A DNA stretch of 64,000 bases from a virus (IMGVR_UViG_3300021592_000001:32001-96000); one strand, 5' to 3'. Positions 55,391 through 64,000 are shown, counted from the stretch's first letter. The notes: generated by a model not told the origin, from the sequence alone. A program made the numbers and translations.

Positions 55391-56725
55391 ATGAGTGATA
55401 TGATTGCTCTTAGTAAATTTGATAAAATAATAGCTAAAGCTTATAACGACTTACGGAGAGATATAGAAGCGTCGAAGATAATAATAAGATCTGCAGGAGA
55501 TTCCATAATAAAGGACACAAAAAGAAAGGTCGAAAAGCTTCTTTTAAGCCTCGATAAATTTTCCGAAAAGTTAAGAAAATTAAAAGAAGCTTATACATCA
55601 GACAAACATTCCAAGGCTGTTTCTTCATCGTATATAGGCTCTGCACGTCGCATCGAGAAACCGAAGATACCTTCTCCAAAAGCTCCTAAAAGCGTAAAAT
55701 TACGGCAAGCTGACAGAAATTTCCGTATAATGGAGACGTACAGACAGTACGCTAAGGAGCTTATGGATATAGAGGAAAGGTTGTCTAAGATTCCCAAAAG
55801 AAGTGTAAGATCTGTCATACCGAGTATAAAAGCAGCTAGGATTAAATTCAATAAGATATTTCAGCAAGCTCGTGACGCCTTAGAAGCGATAGCGAAAACA
55901 GTAGTCCCCAAAAACCTAATAAATGCGGGCAATTACGTAAGGAAAGAAATCCTTAAGAGGGCTATACAGAAGAAAATAAAGGTAAAAGTTGAAAGAGCTA
56001 TTGTTCGGCTACCTGATAAGAAAGACGTGATCTGTGCTTGTTATGTAATAGTTGAGGGAGCTAAAGATATCAATAAAGAGGATGTCGACGTGTATATTAG
56101 CCTATGGTGCGTTGTAGATTTGAACGATATGGTGTTCTCTGAGATGAGAGCCCGCATCGATTCTGAGTACGTAATTCCTACGATGCTGAAGTCCGAACTT
56201 AGATTGAAAGCTAAGGATCGAGCTAAGTTGATGAAGTTTATCGAGAGAGACCTTTCCAGGATGGGTATCCCTTTACTTAAACCTATGAGCATAGAGGTGG
56301 ACAAAGAAGCTTACAGGAAGGAAGGATTCATTCCAGAAAATATAACTGTTAAAGATAATACTATAACTGTTATAGAATCTGCAGACAAATGTATATTCAA
56401 TCCTGACGATCCTGTTGGTAAATGGAAACTTAGAAAAAGCTATCTGATAGATTTATATGTCGCTACTATGAAGGCTGCTGGGATACCTTTCACCAAAAAT
56501 CCTGTTAAGAGTGTTGGTAGGATCCTTTTCCGAAGACCAAAACTGAACAAGGCGAAAAGAGAAGTAACATTTAAGATGGAGATATTGCCTGTCGGACTGA
56601 CAAAAGATGAGGTTAGGGAAGCCTACTTCAGAAGACTGAAAATCTCCAAAAACGAAGCGGATTTCAGCGAGAAGGTAGGAAATGAGGTTGCACCTGTAAT
56701 TAAAGTGAGGTTGAAGAAAAAATGA
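55391..56725 (+). CDS. hypothetical (probable virion) protein
   Basis: 444-aa basic ORF. Confidence 0.65.
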   Translation: MSDMIALSKFDKIIAKAYNDLRRDIEASKIIIRSAGDSIIKDTKRKVEKLLLSLDKFSEKLRKLKEAYTSDKHSKAVSSSYIGSARRIEKPKIPSPKAPKSVKLRQADRNFRIMETYRQYAKELMDIEERLSKIPKRSVRSVIPSIKAARIKFNKIFQQARDALEAIAKTVVPKNLINAGNYVRKEILKRAIQKKIKVKVERAIVRLPDKKDVICACYVIVEGAKDINKEDVDVYISLWCVVDLNDMVFSEMRARIDSEYVIPTMLKSELRLKAKDRAKLMKFIERDLSRMGIPLLKPMSIEVDKEAYRKEGFIPENITVKDNTITVIESADKCIFNPDDPVGKWKLRKSYLIDLYVATMKAAGIPFTKNPVKSVGRILFRRPKLNKAKREVTFKMEILPVGLTKDEVREAYFRRLKISKNEADFSEKVGNEVAPVIKVRLKKK

Positions 56726-57267
56726 TGGAATCTATAATTGCTGAAGTAAAGTCTATAGACTATAATTTTGGAACGGAGATAGAAGGAATCGTTAAAAATA
56801 GAAAGATATTATTAGAGCTGAGGAAAAGTGACAGGAAGCGTCAACAAGCGAATCGTGAAGTTATACACTGGTTTCTGTTGGATAAACTTATCGACAGACC
56901 TGCAGACATTACTAAGTTTAAGAAGACTATTAGAGTTGCTATGAAGAAAGGAAGACGTGTACCCCTCAGTTTATATGCAGATCTTCTGTCATTACTTGAT
57001 GATAAGGAGCTGGCTTCGCTATTTGTAATCCTAAATCGTAGGATTCCAGACTGGCTTGCAGATAAGGATAAGGAGATAAAGGTAGCTGCTAGGGTATATG
57101 CTAAGATGACTCCCCTGCAGCGTAGAAAAATATCTGAGTCTTTGAAGAAGTATTGGAGGAAGGTAAGAAAGGGAGGGAGAAAGCTAAAAGAGAGCAGACT
57201 TGCAGAGCTTCTACGAGAGAAAGCTTCGGAGATTGATCCTATGTATTTTGTTTCTCTCCTGGTCTAA
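56722..57267 (+). CDS. hypothetical basic protein
   Basis: ORF; NUMOD3-like RRKISESLKKYW segment. Confidence 0.6.
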   Translation: MMESIIAEVKSIDYNFGTEIEGIVKNRKILLELRKSDRKRQQANREVIHWFLLDKLIDRPADITKFKKTIRVAMKKGRRVPLSLYADLLSLLDDKELASLFVILNRRIPDWLADKDKEIKVAARVYAKMTPLQRRKISESLKKYWRKVRKGGRKLKESRLAELLREKASEIDPMYFVSLLV

Positions 57268-57279
57268 AGAGGCATTATT

Positions 57280-58428
57280 ATGAGTAAACGAGTGATCTAC
57301 AGAGGAAAATCGTATATATTTAAACAGTCCTTTCTTGATAAGAATGGGAATCCATTAGAACCTGCTGACGATACTTATCCTAGGTATTCTATTTACGATA
57401 TAAACAATTCTGAAGTTGAAGTAGGAACGGGAAAGCCTTCTAATAAGCCTGGATGGTATGCTATTGATTTTGTTGCCCCGGATAATGCTCTTCTCAGTAC
57501 TGACGACTGTAGCTGGAGAATAGAATGGTTGTTTGTAGATAAAGAAGGGAATCACTATCTTAAGGTCGAGGATTTTGATCTTGTAGACGAGACTATATCT
57601 GCAGCCGATGAAATTTCTCAGCAGTTCATATTTTTAGCTAATAAAGACAATAAACTAATAATAAGACTATTTTCTGAACCCTTTCTTATTAGATTAACGA
57701 TATATGACGAAGCAGGATCTCCTACGTCTGTTGAAAATGTTGAGCATCCAGGTAATAAAATTGATAAGATAAGAGATGGCGACAGCTATCTTTACAGCTA
57801 TACGATCCGTGCAGGAACATTTGAAGAGGGACAGACCTACAGCGCTATGTGGGAAATATACGAGAACCCTGATAGTACTCCTGACTATATATGGCAAAAG
57901 ATTGTTGCAGTCCACTGGAAAGTACTGAGGCTCATCCCAGACCTAAGAATGCTAATAGACAAGATTCAGAAAAAGCAGGGAACTGTTCAGGCTTACAGTG
58001 ATGCAGATTTGACCAATTACATAGAACAAGGACTGAGAATGCTTAACGGCTGGCATCCAGTTACTTCATACACCTACAGCACTTTGCCCGATCAGTTGTT
58101 CATATTTTTGCTCTTGTTTTCTGCGTGGTATGCACTCAACTCACAATATATGCTGGAAGTCGATTCTGCGTTTTCCTTTGGAGGACAGACGGTAACTTTA
58201 GATTATGATAGGACTGGTGGTATTGAATCTGAAATTGGAAGATTGATGGAGTTCATAACGGAGCATCTGACCCGAGCAAAAACGGCCGTTTTACGAGGAC
58301 GGTCATTGGGAATTGTGAGTGTTCGTCCTTATAGAGGTTGCCAGCCTGTCGTTAGATGGGCTACATCTGGCGTAGGAATGAATTTATCTCTTACAAAACA
58401 ACTAGCATCTATCTTTGACTGGTATTAA
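57280..58428 (+). CDS. probable neck/head-tail connector protein with Ig-like N-terminal domains
   Basis: beta-rich repeats followed by helical LR.LID...YSD.DL..YI..GL..LN, reminiscent of adaptor proteins. Confidence 0.45.
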   Translation: MSKRVIYRGKSYIFKQSFLDKNGNPLEPADDTYPRYSIYDINNSEVEVGTGKPSNKPGWYAIDFVAPDNALLSTDDCSWRIEWLFVDKEGNHYLKVEDFDLVDETISAADEISQQFIFLANKDNKLIIRLFSEPFLIRLTIYDEAGSPTSVENVEHPGNKIDKIRDGDSYLYSYTIRAGTFEEGQTYSAMWEIYENPDSTPDYIWQKIVAVHWKVLRLIPDLRMLIDKIQKKQGTVQAYSDADLTNYIEQGLRMLNGWHPVTSYTYSTLPDQLFIFLLLFSAWYALNSQYMLEVDSAFSFGGQTVTLDYDRTGGIESEIGRLMEFITEHLTRAKTAVLRGRSLGIVSVRPYRGCQPVVRWATSGVGMNLSLTKQLASIFDWY

Positions 58429-58451
58429 GAAGATAACTTTCGGGAGATACA

Positions 58452-59549
58452 ATGATTACTGTTACTTTAAACCCAGAACAGTTTGAACCAGGAGGTGTCT
58501 GGTACGGAATCCCAAAGTCTAAGGTCAAGATACCTCTTGGAGTTGAGGGAGCTGTTGAGTACGGGCAAAATAGATTCTACACTATAGAAGGTAAGGTAAT
58601 AGATTCCATAGACTATGACGGTCTTAGGATTGCAGACTACGTGTGGCATAGTCTTGCAGGAATAAAAATACGTTTAGGACTCTTGGTTCAGAAGGGACTC
58701 ATCTGCGTTTCTCATAACGGAAGTCCATGTATGAGTCCTTGGGACGTGGTATATTCTTCATTAAGTTCGAGCTCTTCATCGATGTCAAGCTCAAGTTCTT
58801 CAAGTAGCTCGAGCTCATCAAGTTTTAGTAGTTCTAGTTCGAGCAGCTCTAGCTCCAGTAGCTCTTATAGCAGTTCTTCGAGTTCGTCCAGTAGTTCTAG
58901 TTTTTCAAGTTCGTCAAGTTCCAGCAGTTCTAATAGTAGCTCTAGTAGTAGCTCTTCAAGTTCAAGCAGTAGATCCAGTAGTAGTTCTCTCAGTTCGAGC
59001 AGTTCTTCCAGCTCTAGTAGTTCTAGCTCCAGTTCACTGTCTAGTAGTTCAAGTTCTTATAGCAGTTCTAGTTCCAGTTCTTCTTCCAGAAGCTCTAGCA
59101 GTTCCAAAAGTTCCAGTTCCTCTTCTTCGTCAAGAAGCTCTAGTTCTGAATCAAGCAGTTCTTCAAGCGTCAGTAGCTCCAGCAGGTCGAGCTCGTCCAG
59201 GAGCAGCAGTTCAAGTAGCATAGTTCCTATCACTGTAAATGCTACTCTGTACGATAGCGAGCTCAATCCGATAGGGACGTTTACTTCTGATCCCTATTAC
59301 GGTGTTCCAGACGGACAGTTACATGAGATCACCTTTAGTAATGCTACTTACGACAATAATCAAGTATATACTATCAAGTTTACATCTGAGCATCCGAAGA
59401 TACCTCCGTGTCAGGATTATGTAGACGTTAATTTCAACACTGCCAGCGATATACGCTATGCGTATGATCCTTACAGTACTCATTGGCTAGCTTTAGATTT
59501 GGTCTTCTCAAGGCAACTTCTCAGTGTAAAAATGAAGTTATGTCCCTGA
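58452..59549 (+). CDS. poly-serine protein 1 (unique N-domain, 155-codon Ser tract, shared C-domain)
   Basis: Ser tract at 58755-59219; C-domain SDPYYGVPD...SEHP.IPPCQ...KMKLCP. Confidence 0.8.
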   Translation: MITVTLNPEQFEPGGVWYGIPKSKVKIPLGVEGAVEYGQNRFYTIEGKVIDSIDYDGLRIADYVWHSLAGIKIRLGLLVQKGLICVSHNGSPCMSPWDVVYSSLSSSSSSMSSSSSSSSSSSSSFSSSSSSSSSSSSSYSSSSSSSSSSSFSSSSSSSSSNSSSSSSSSSSSSRSSSSSLSSSSSSSSSSSSSSSLSSSSSSYSSSSSSSSSRSSSSSKSSSSSSSSRSSSSESSSSSSVSSSSRSSSSRSSSSSSIVPITVNATLYDSELNPIGTFTSDPYYGVPDGQLHEITFSNATYDNNQVYTIKFTSEHPKIPPCQDYVDVNFNTASDIRYAYDPYSTHWLALDLVFSRQLLSVKMKLCP

Positions 59550-59563
59550 TTGGGAGATGAATA

Positions 59564-61162
59564 ATGTCGAAAAACTATAATTGTACAAATGATTTTAACA
59601 ACACAGGATCTCTGGAAGGGACGGATGTAAATATATACGTCGCTTATCTTCAGGCTGTCATCACACTACCCTTTAAACCTCCTGAATGGTCGATGCTCGA
59701 GTGGACACAGAACAGATATAACTTAGGCGTATCTGCTGAAAAATACATCCCTACTACTATTACTAATCTGCCTGTTCTTGACTGTAGTGACTATTACGAT
59801 TCAGGGGAGCTAAATGGTATAAATGTGAATATATTTACCGCTTATCTACTTGCTGTTTCCACTCAGGCTTTCAAACCTCCTGACTGGTCAATGCTTGAAT
59901 GGACACAAAACAGGTATGATCTTGGCGTCGCTGTAGAGAAATATGTCCCCGTTGTCATTACAAGACTTCCTAATCTGTACCCGAGCAGTTCGAGTTCCAG
60001 TCACAGCTATTCCAGTTCTAGCAGTAGTCTGTCCAGTTCGAGTTCTAGCAGCTCACTTTCTGTGAGCTCTAGTAGTTCCAGCAGTTCATTTTCACTAAGT
60101 TCTAGCAGCTCATATTCCAATAGTTCGTCTTCAAGTAGTTCTTCTAGTTCTCTGTCTATTAGTTCTAGCAGTTCATTTAGTTTGAGCAGCTCGTCAAGCT
60201 GTAGTGTAAGCAGTAGCTCCTCAAGTTCGTTATCTAGTAGCTCTTCTAGCTCCCTGTCGAGCAGTTCAAGCAGTTCCCTTAGCTCTAGTAGTTCCAGTTC
60301 CAGTTCTTCTTCCAGTTCAAGTTCTAGCAGTTCGTTCAGCTCTTCGAGCTCAAGTTCAAGTTCTTCTGTCAGTTCTAGTTCTAGCTCTTCTTTCAGCTCC
60401 AGTTCCAGCAGTTCAAGTTCATCTCTAAGTTCGAGCTCAAGTAGCTCAAAAAGCAGCAGCTCTTCAAGTTCATTGTCTAGTAGTTCTTCCAGTTCCTTAT
60501 CTAGCAGTTCGAGCTCTTCGTCAAGTAGCTCAAGTTCCTCATTCAGCTCCAGTTCCAGTTCTTCACTTAGTAGCTCTTCGAGTTCATCCTTAAGCTCGAG
60601 TTCAAGCTACAGCTTATCCTCTAGCAGCTCCAGCAGTTCTAGTTCAAACTCGTCGTCAAGTAGTTCTAGCAGTTCGTATTCTACCTCAAGTAGTTCCAGT
60701 AGCAGTTATTCCCTTAGTTCGAGTAGTAGCAGTAGTAGCTCACGTTCTTCGTCCAGCCGTTCCTCCTCATCATCGAGCCGATCTTCTTCCTCTAAAAGCT
60801 CAAGTAGTACTTCTGTCAGTTCAAGTTCCAGCAGTCTTCAACCAATCTTTGTGATCGCTAAGCTTCTGGATAGTAACTTAGACGAAATAGCTACGTTTAC
60901 TTCCGACCCGTACTACGGAGTACCAGATAATCAATACCATGACATAACATTTACAAATGCTACCTATTCTAGTGAGCAGGTCTATGCTATAGACTTCCTT
61001 TCTGAACATCCACATATACCACCTTGTCAGAACGCAGTTACCACATATTTTAACACTGGAACTATTTCTTCTATGTATGACAGCTTCAGTACGTATTGGT
61101 TAAGCGATACGCTGATATTCTCTACTCAGTTGGAAAAAATAAATATGAAATTATGTCCGTAA
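59564..61162 (+). CDS. poly-serine protein 2 (two dockerin/EF-hand-like repeats, 284-codon Ser tract, shared C-domain)
   Basis: DFNNTGSLEGTDVNIYVAYL and DYYDSGELNGINVNIFTAYL; Ser tract at 59984-60835. Confidence 0.8.
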   Translation: MSKNYNCTNDFNNTGSLEGTDVNIYVAYLQAVITLPFKPPEWSMLEWTQNRYNLGVSAEKYIPTTITNLPVLDCSDYYDSGELNGINVNIFTAYLLAVSTQAFKPPDWSMLEWTQNRYDLGVAVEKYVPVVITRLPNLYPSSSSSSHSYSSSSSSLSSSSSSSSLSVSSSSSSSSFSLSSSSSYSNSSSSSSSSSSLSISSSSSFSLSSSSSCSVSSSSSSSLSSSSSSSLSSSSSSSLSSSSSSSSSSSSSSSSSSFSSSSSSSSSSVSSSSSSSFSSSSSSSSSSLSSSSSSSKSSSSSSSLSSSSSSSLSSSSSSSSSSSSSSFSSSSSSSLSSSSSSSLSSSSSYSLSSSSSSSSSSNSSSSSSSSSYSTSSSSSSSYSLSSSSSSSSSRSSSSRSSSSSSRSSSSKSSSSTSVSSSSSSLQPIFVIAKLLDSNLDEIATFTSDPYYGVPDNQYHDITFTNATYSSEQVYAIDFLSEHPHIPPCQNAVTTYFNTGTISSMYDSFSTYWLSDTLIFSTQLEKINMKLCP

Positions 61163-61179
61163 TGAATTAGGAGGTACAA

Positions 61180-61473
61180 GTGACTAAAGAAACTAAACTG
61201 TTTAATTCTTTAAATGCGAATGACAGAAAAAGACTAAGAATCTATGAGGATGAAATAAACGAAGTCGGTAAAATGTACAAGGACGCATTTTTAGATGTTG
61301 CATTGCAACGTTCTATTAACGAAGAAGCATTAATGGAACTTGAGGACCGAATGGAAGCCATGCGACGTTCAGCGTCAAGAAAACTTGGGAGAGTCGCTAA
61401 AATATGGCCAAAGATTCCTGATTATGCTTTTGAGACCTTTCATGTAAGACTCATTAAGTCTATGAGAGATTGA
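61180..61473 (+). CDS. hypothetical protein
   Basis: AGGAGG RBS, GTG start. Confidence 0.6.
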   Translation: MTKETKLFNSLNANDRKRLRIYEDEINEVGKMYKDAFLDVALQRSINEEALMELEDRMEAMRRSASRKLGRVAKIWPKIPDYAFETFHVRLIKSMRD

Positions 61474-61482
61474 GGTGTTCCG

Positions 61483-61758
61483 ATGAAGGATAGCTTGTCT
61501 AGAAAAATTTGTAGCACATCGCTTTGGTCTCTTGAAGGGGATGAAATGAAGACGATCATTCTACAGTTGGAAGCAAAGGGACACAAAGATTTGGCTAATG
61601 AGATAAAAGCAATTCAAGGGTTGCCGCTTAGACACACTATTATCGATAGAGGACGGGATAGAACGTCTGGTCTTCAAAAGTTTCGGAACTTATTAAAAAA
61701 GAAGTTAGGTAAGGATTATGAGGTTACACTTGATATCGTTATTAGAGATATAATATAG
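61483..61758 (+). CDS. hypothetical protein with the shared helical motif
   Basis: IILQLEAKGHKDLANEIKAI. Confidence 0.55.
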   Translation: MKDSLSRKICSTSLWSLEGDEMKTIILQLEAKGHKDLANEIKAIQGLPLRHTIIDRGRDRTSGLQKFRNLLKKKLGKDYEVTLDIVIRDII

Positions 61759-61846
61759 GATAAATGAAACGATTGTTGAAAACTATTGGGGGAAGTTCTT
61801 AAGGTGTGAGTGAAACTGAAGTGTAATGAGAGATTGAGGTGTTCCG

Positions 61847-62095
61847 ATGAAAGACAGTTTGTTTAGAAAATTCTGTAATACGTTACCTGTATGGACGAAG
61901 AGTTTTGATAAGTTATACAACACAACACGATATCTTAGTGATTTACTGAAACGTGGAGGTTATGCGTCAGGTAGTCGTGAGTTGAAGACCATCAGGAAAA
62001 TTCTTGAGGATATGGATAAAATTGAAGATACAATGCATCTACTTGTAAGGTCTGTGGAAATAAATCAAGGTAAGCGTTGTCGTGACTTGCAGTAA
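61847..62095 (+). CDS. hypothetical protein
   Basis: Start region duplicated from 61483. Confidence 0.55.
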   Translation: MKDSLFRKFCNTLPVWTKSFDKLYNTTRYLSDLLKRGGYASGSRELKTIRKILEDMDKIEDTMHLLVRSVEINQGKRCRDLQ

Positions 62096-62138
62096 AGGTG
62101 AATCACAAAAACTTAATTTTTGACTACGGGCAAGTTAA

Positions 62139-62537
62139 GTGAATACGATGAACATAGGAGATATCATGAGAATAGATATAGTTCGCGATATTGACCTTAT
62201 TATAGATAGAATATTGGGAAAAGAATTCAAGAGAGTAGAGCGAGCGTACCTTAAGAAGGGTGCGATTGGTCAGATTATAGAGTTGCTAGAGGCTGACTAT
62301 GCAGAAGCTGAGGAAGATTTGGAATTGAAACTGGAAAATGAAGATTTGATAGACAGTAAAGAAGGAGAAGTATTCTATGCAGCATCATCTCTTATGCAGG
62401 AAGCCATTGACACTTTTAAAGAACTTGATAATAAGCTTGACAAAGCACTATCTCTCGTAAATAAAGCTATAAAGAAATATAAGCTTTTAAGGAAAGTAGT
62501 TAGTAAAGATGAGAAGACGTCACCTCTAAGGTACTAG
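62139..62537 (+). CDS. hypothetical helical protein, paralog of 62626..62871
   Basis: EG.VFY..SS.M..A..T.K shared with the next ORF. Confidence 0.6.
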   Translation: MNTMNIGDIMRIDIVRDIDLIIDRILGKEFKRVERAYLKKGAIGQIIELLEADYAEAEEDLELKLENEDLIDSKEGEVFYAASSLMQEAIDTFKELDNKLDKALSLVNKAIKKYKLLRKVVSKDEKTSPLRY

Positions 62538-62625
62538 AGGTGTACTTGCCCGTCAGGGGAATAAGTATTAAGCAGTAGGACTAAGTATAGTAAGATTAAT
62601 AATATCAGATAAGAAAAAGAAGTTT

Positions 62626-62871
62626 GTGATGAGGAGTAAAGTGAGAAGATATCGTTGTGAAGTGTTGGGTGAGACAAGGGAGATGGTAGCTGAAATGGCT
62701 GAAGACATTATGAAGCGCTTGGATGAAATAGAGGAAATAGAAGGTGATATTGAGTCAGAATTAGATGATATGGGTTTACTGAAAGCTAATGAAGGAAGAG
62801 TATTTTATAAAATGTCATCCTTTATGGATAAAGCCAGAGCCACGTTGAAAAGATTCTTGAAGATAATATGA
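62626..62871 (+). CDS. hypothetical helical protein
   Basis: Paralogous to 62139..62537. Confidence 0.55.
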   Translation: MMRSKVRRYRCEVLGETREMVAEMAEDIMKRLDEIEEIEGDIESELDDMGLLKANEGRVFYKMSSFMDKARATLKRFLKII

Positions 62872-63104
62872 ACATAGTAGAAATATATATTTTAAACTGT
62901 GAGTCCTCTACTCCTAAGAGGAGACCGCTTTGTAGAATGCTCAGCAAAACAAATGCTGGATTGGATAAAATTGGGGAGGATGTAGAACGCTTCAGGAAAG
63001 CTGCGTTAAGAATAGAAGGTCGGCTGAAGTAATCTAAAGTAAGGGAATAGTAGAGGTGTCAAGTACCTTGTATATAGACTGAATAACTAGATTAGTCGGT
63101 TACT

Positions 63105-64000
63105 ATGCCTAACTATAATTGTACCAACGATTTTGACAATTCTGGTGTTCTAGACGGGATAGACGTTGATATCTATTCTGCTTATCTACTTGCTGTTTCC
63201 ACTCAGGCTTTCAAACCTCCTGGATGGTCAATGCTTGAATGGACACAAAACAGGTATGATCTTGGCGTCGCTAATGGAAAATATCTTCCAGCTACCATAG
63301 TCAGCCTACCTGTTCTTGACTGTAGTGACTATTATGATTCAGGGGAGCTGAACGCTATAAATGTCAATATTTTTTCGGCCTATCTCCAAGCCGTAGCTAC
63401 CCAGGAATTCAAACCTCCTGACTGGTCAATGCTTGAATGGACACAGAACAGATATGATTTGGGAGTAGCTTCTGGCAAGTATGCAGCAGTGACTATTACA
63501 AGGCTCCCCAATCTTGAACCTAGTAGTTCAAGTTCTAGCTCTTCAAGTTTGAGCAGTTCAAGTAGTTCGTCCAGCCTTAGCAGTTCATCAAGTTCAAGTT
63601 CGTCTAGTTTCAGTAGTTCAAGCAGCTCTTCTTTAAGTAGTTCAAGCTCTTTCAGTTTAAGCAGTTCAAGTTCGTCTAGTTTCAGTAGTTCAAGCAGCTC
63701 TTCTTTAAGTAGTTCAAGCTCTTTCAGTTTAAGCAGTTCAAGCAGTTTTAGTCTCAGCTCCTCCAGCTTTTCGAGTTCTTCTAGTAGTCTTAGCGATTCG
63801 AGTAGTTCGAGCTCTAGCCTTTTGCCTATAGTTGTGACGGCAATTTTGTTAGATGAAAAGATGAAGGAAATAGCTATATTTGATTCTGACCCTTACTATG
63901 GCATCCCTGACGGGTTGAATCATGACATTATTTTCAAAGGTGAATATTCTGCTAATGTTGTTGTTGCTATAGCTTTCAAGTCTGAGCATCCGCATCCACC
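63105..64000 (+). CDS. poly-serine protein 3 (partial; runs off the window; not in the ORF track)
   Basis: MPNYNCTNDFDNSGVLDGIDVDIYSAYLL...; Ser tract at 63522-63818; then SDPYYGIPD...SEHPHP; paralog of 59564..61162. Confidence 0.85.
   Translation, partial: MPNYNCTNDFDNSGVLDGIDVDIYSAYLLAVSTQAFKPPGWSMLEWTQNRYDLGVANGKYLPATIVSLPVLDCSDYYDSGELNAINVNIFSAYLQAVATQEFKPPDWSMLEWTQNRYDLGVASGKYAAVTITRLPNLEPSSSSSSSSSLSSSSSSSSLSSSSSSSSSSFSSSSSSSLSSSSSFSLSSSSSSSFSSSSSSSLSSSSSFSLSSSSSFSLSSSSFSSSSSSLSDSSSSSSSLLPIVVTAILLDEKMKEIAIFDSDPYYGIPDGLNHDIIFKGEYSANVVVAIAFKSEHPHP
63591..63734 (+). repeat. perfect 72-bp tandem duplication within the Ser tract
   Basis: 63591-63662 is identical to 63663-63734. Confidence 0.9.

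Noticed and set aside
59057-59266. Antisense Glu/Leu-rich ORF (ELELLL...)
   Set aside because: It is the reverse-complement shadow of the poly-Ser codons and has no independent support.
59564-63500. Near-identical repeats as a diversity-generating retroelement TR/VR pair
   Set aside because: No reverse transcriptase in the window, both copies are coding, and the mismatches are not confined to adenines.
1-64000. Stop-codon reassignment (alternative genetic code)
   Set aside because: Conserved genes are full length in code 11, and TAA, TAG and TGA all end genes directly before the next RBS.

Overview
The window looks like an internal segment of a large (jumbo-type) tailed bacteriophage genome. 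It is densely coding, uses the standard code 11, has strong AGGAG(G) Shine-Dalgarno sites and sigma70-like promoters, and shows no rRNA, tRNA or CRISPR. Accessory genes (heptose kinase, LapG-like protease, lipoproteins) suggest a Gram-negative host (inference). There are three blocks. (1) 1-17.65 kb, + strand: accessory/metabolic genes (DHH phosphoesterase, NADAR, P-loop kinase, HldE-type heptose kinase, three DNA methyltransferases, GIY-YIG, ThyA, RyR-domain protein, lytic transglycosylase, sigma-like protein). (2) 17.68-51.25 kb, - strand: replication/recombination block (RuvC-like, primase, Cas4-like nuclease, SWIM, sigma factor, SSB, HD, RecA, SbcD/SbcC, DnaX, 5'-nucleotidase, two more MTases, SF2 helicase, DnaB, 5'-3' exonuclease, sliding clamp), followed by a cupin, a radical SAM enzyme, a C93 protease and a macrodomain; no DNA polymerase was recognised in the window. 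(3) 51.5-64 kb, + strand: probable virion genes. The most notable observations are: a two-fold symmetric array of GAA-triloop hairpins at 39.7-39.9 kb (candidate bidirectional origin); a DNA methyltransferase that is both intein-interrupted at its catalytic motif and split into two separately translated genes with new terminal peptides; three paralogous proteins with 99-284-codon poly-serine tracts (two with dockerin-like repeats); and a short helical motif shared by several otherwise unrelated small proteins (candidate capsid-targeting tag). All functional calls come from motif recognition by eye; no searches were run.
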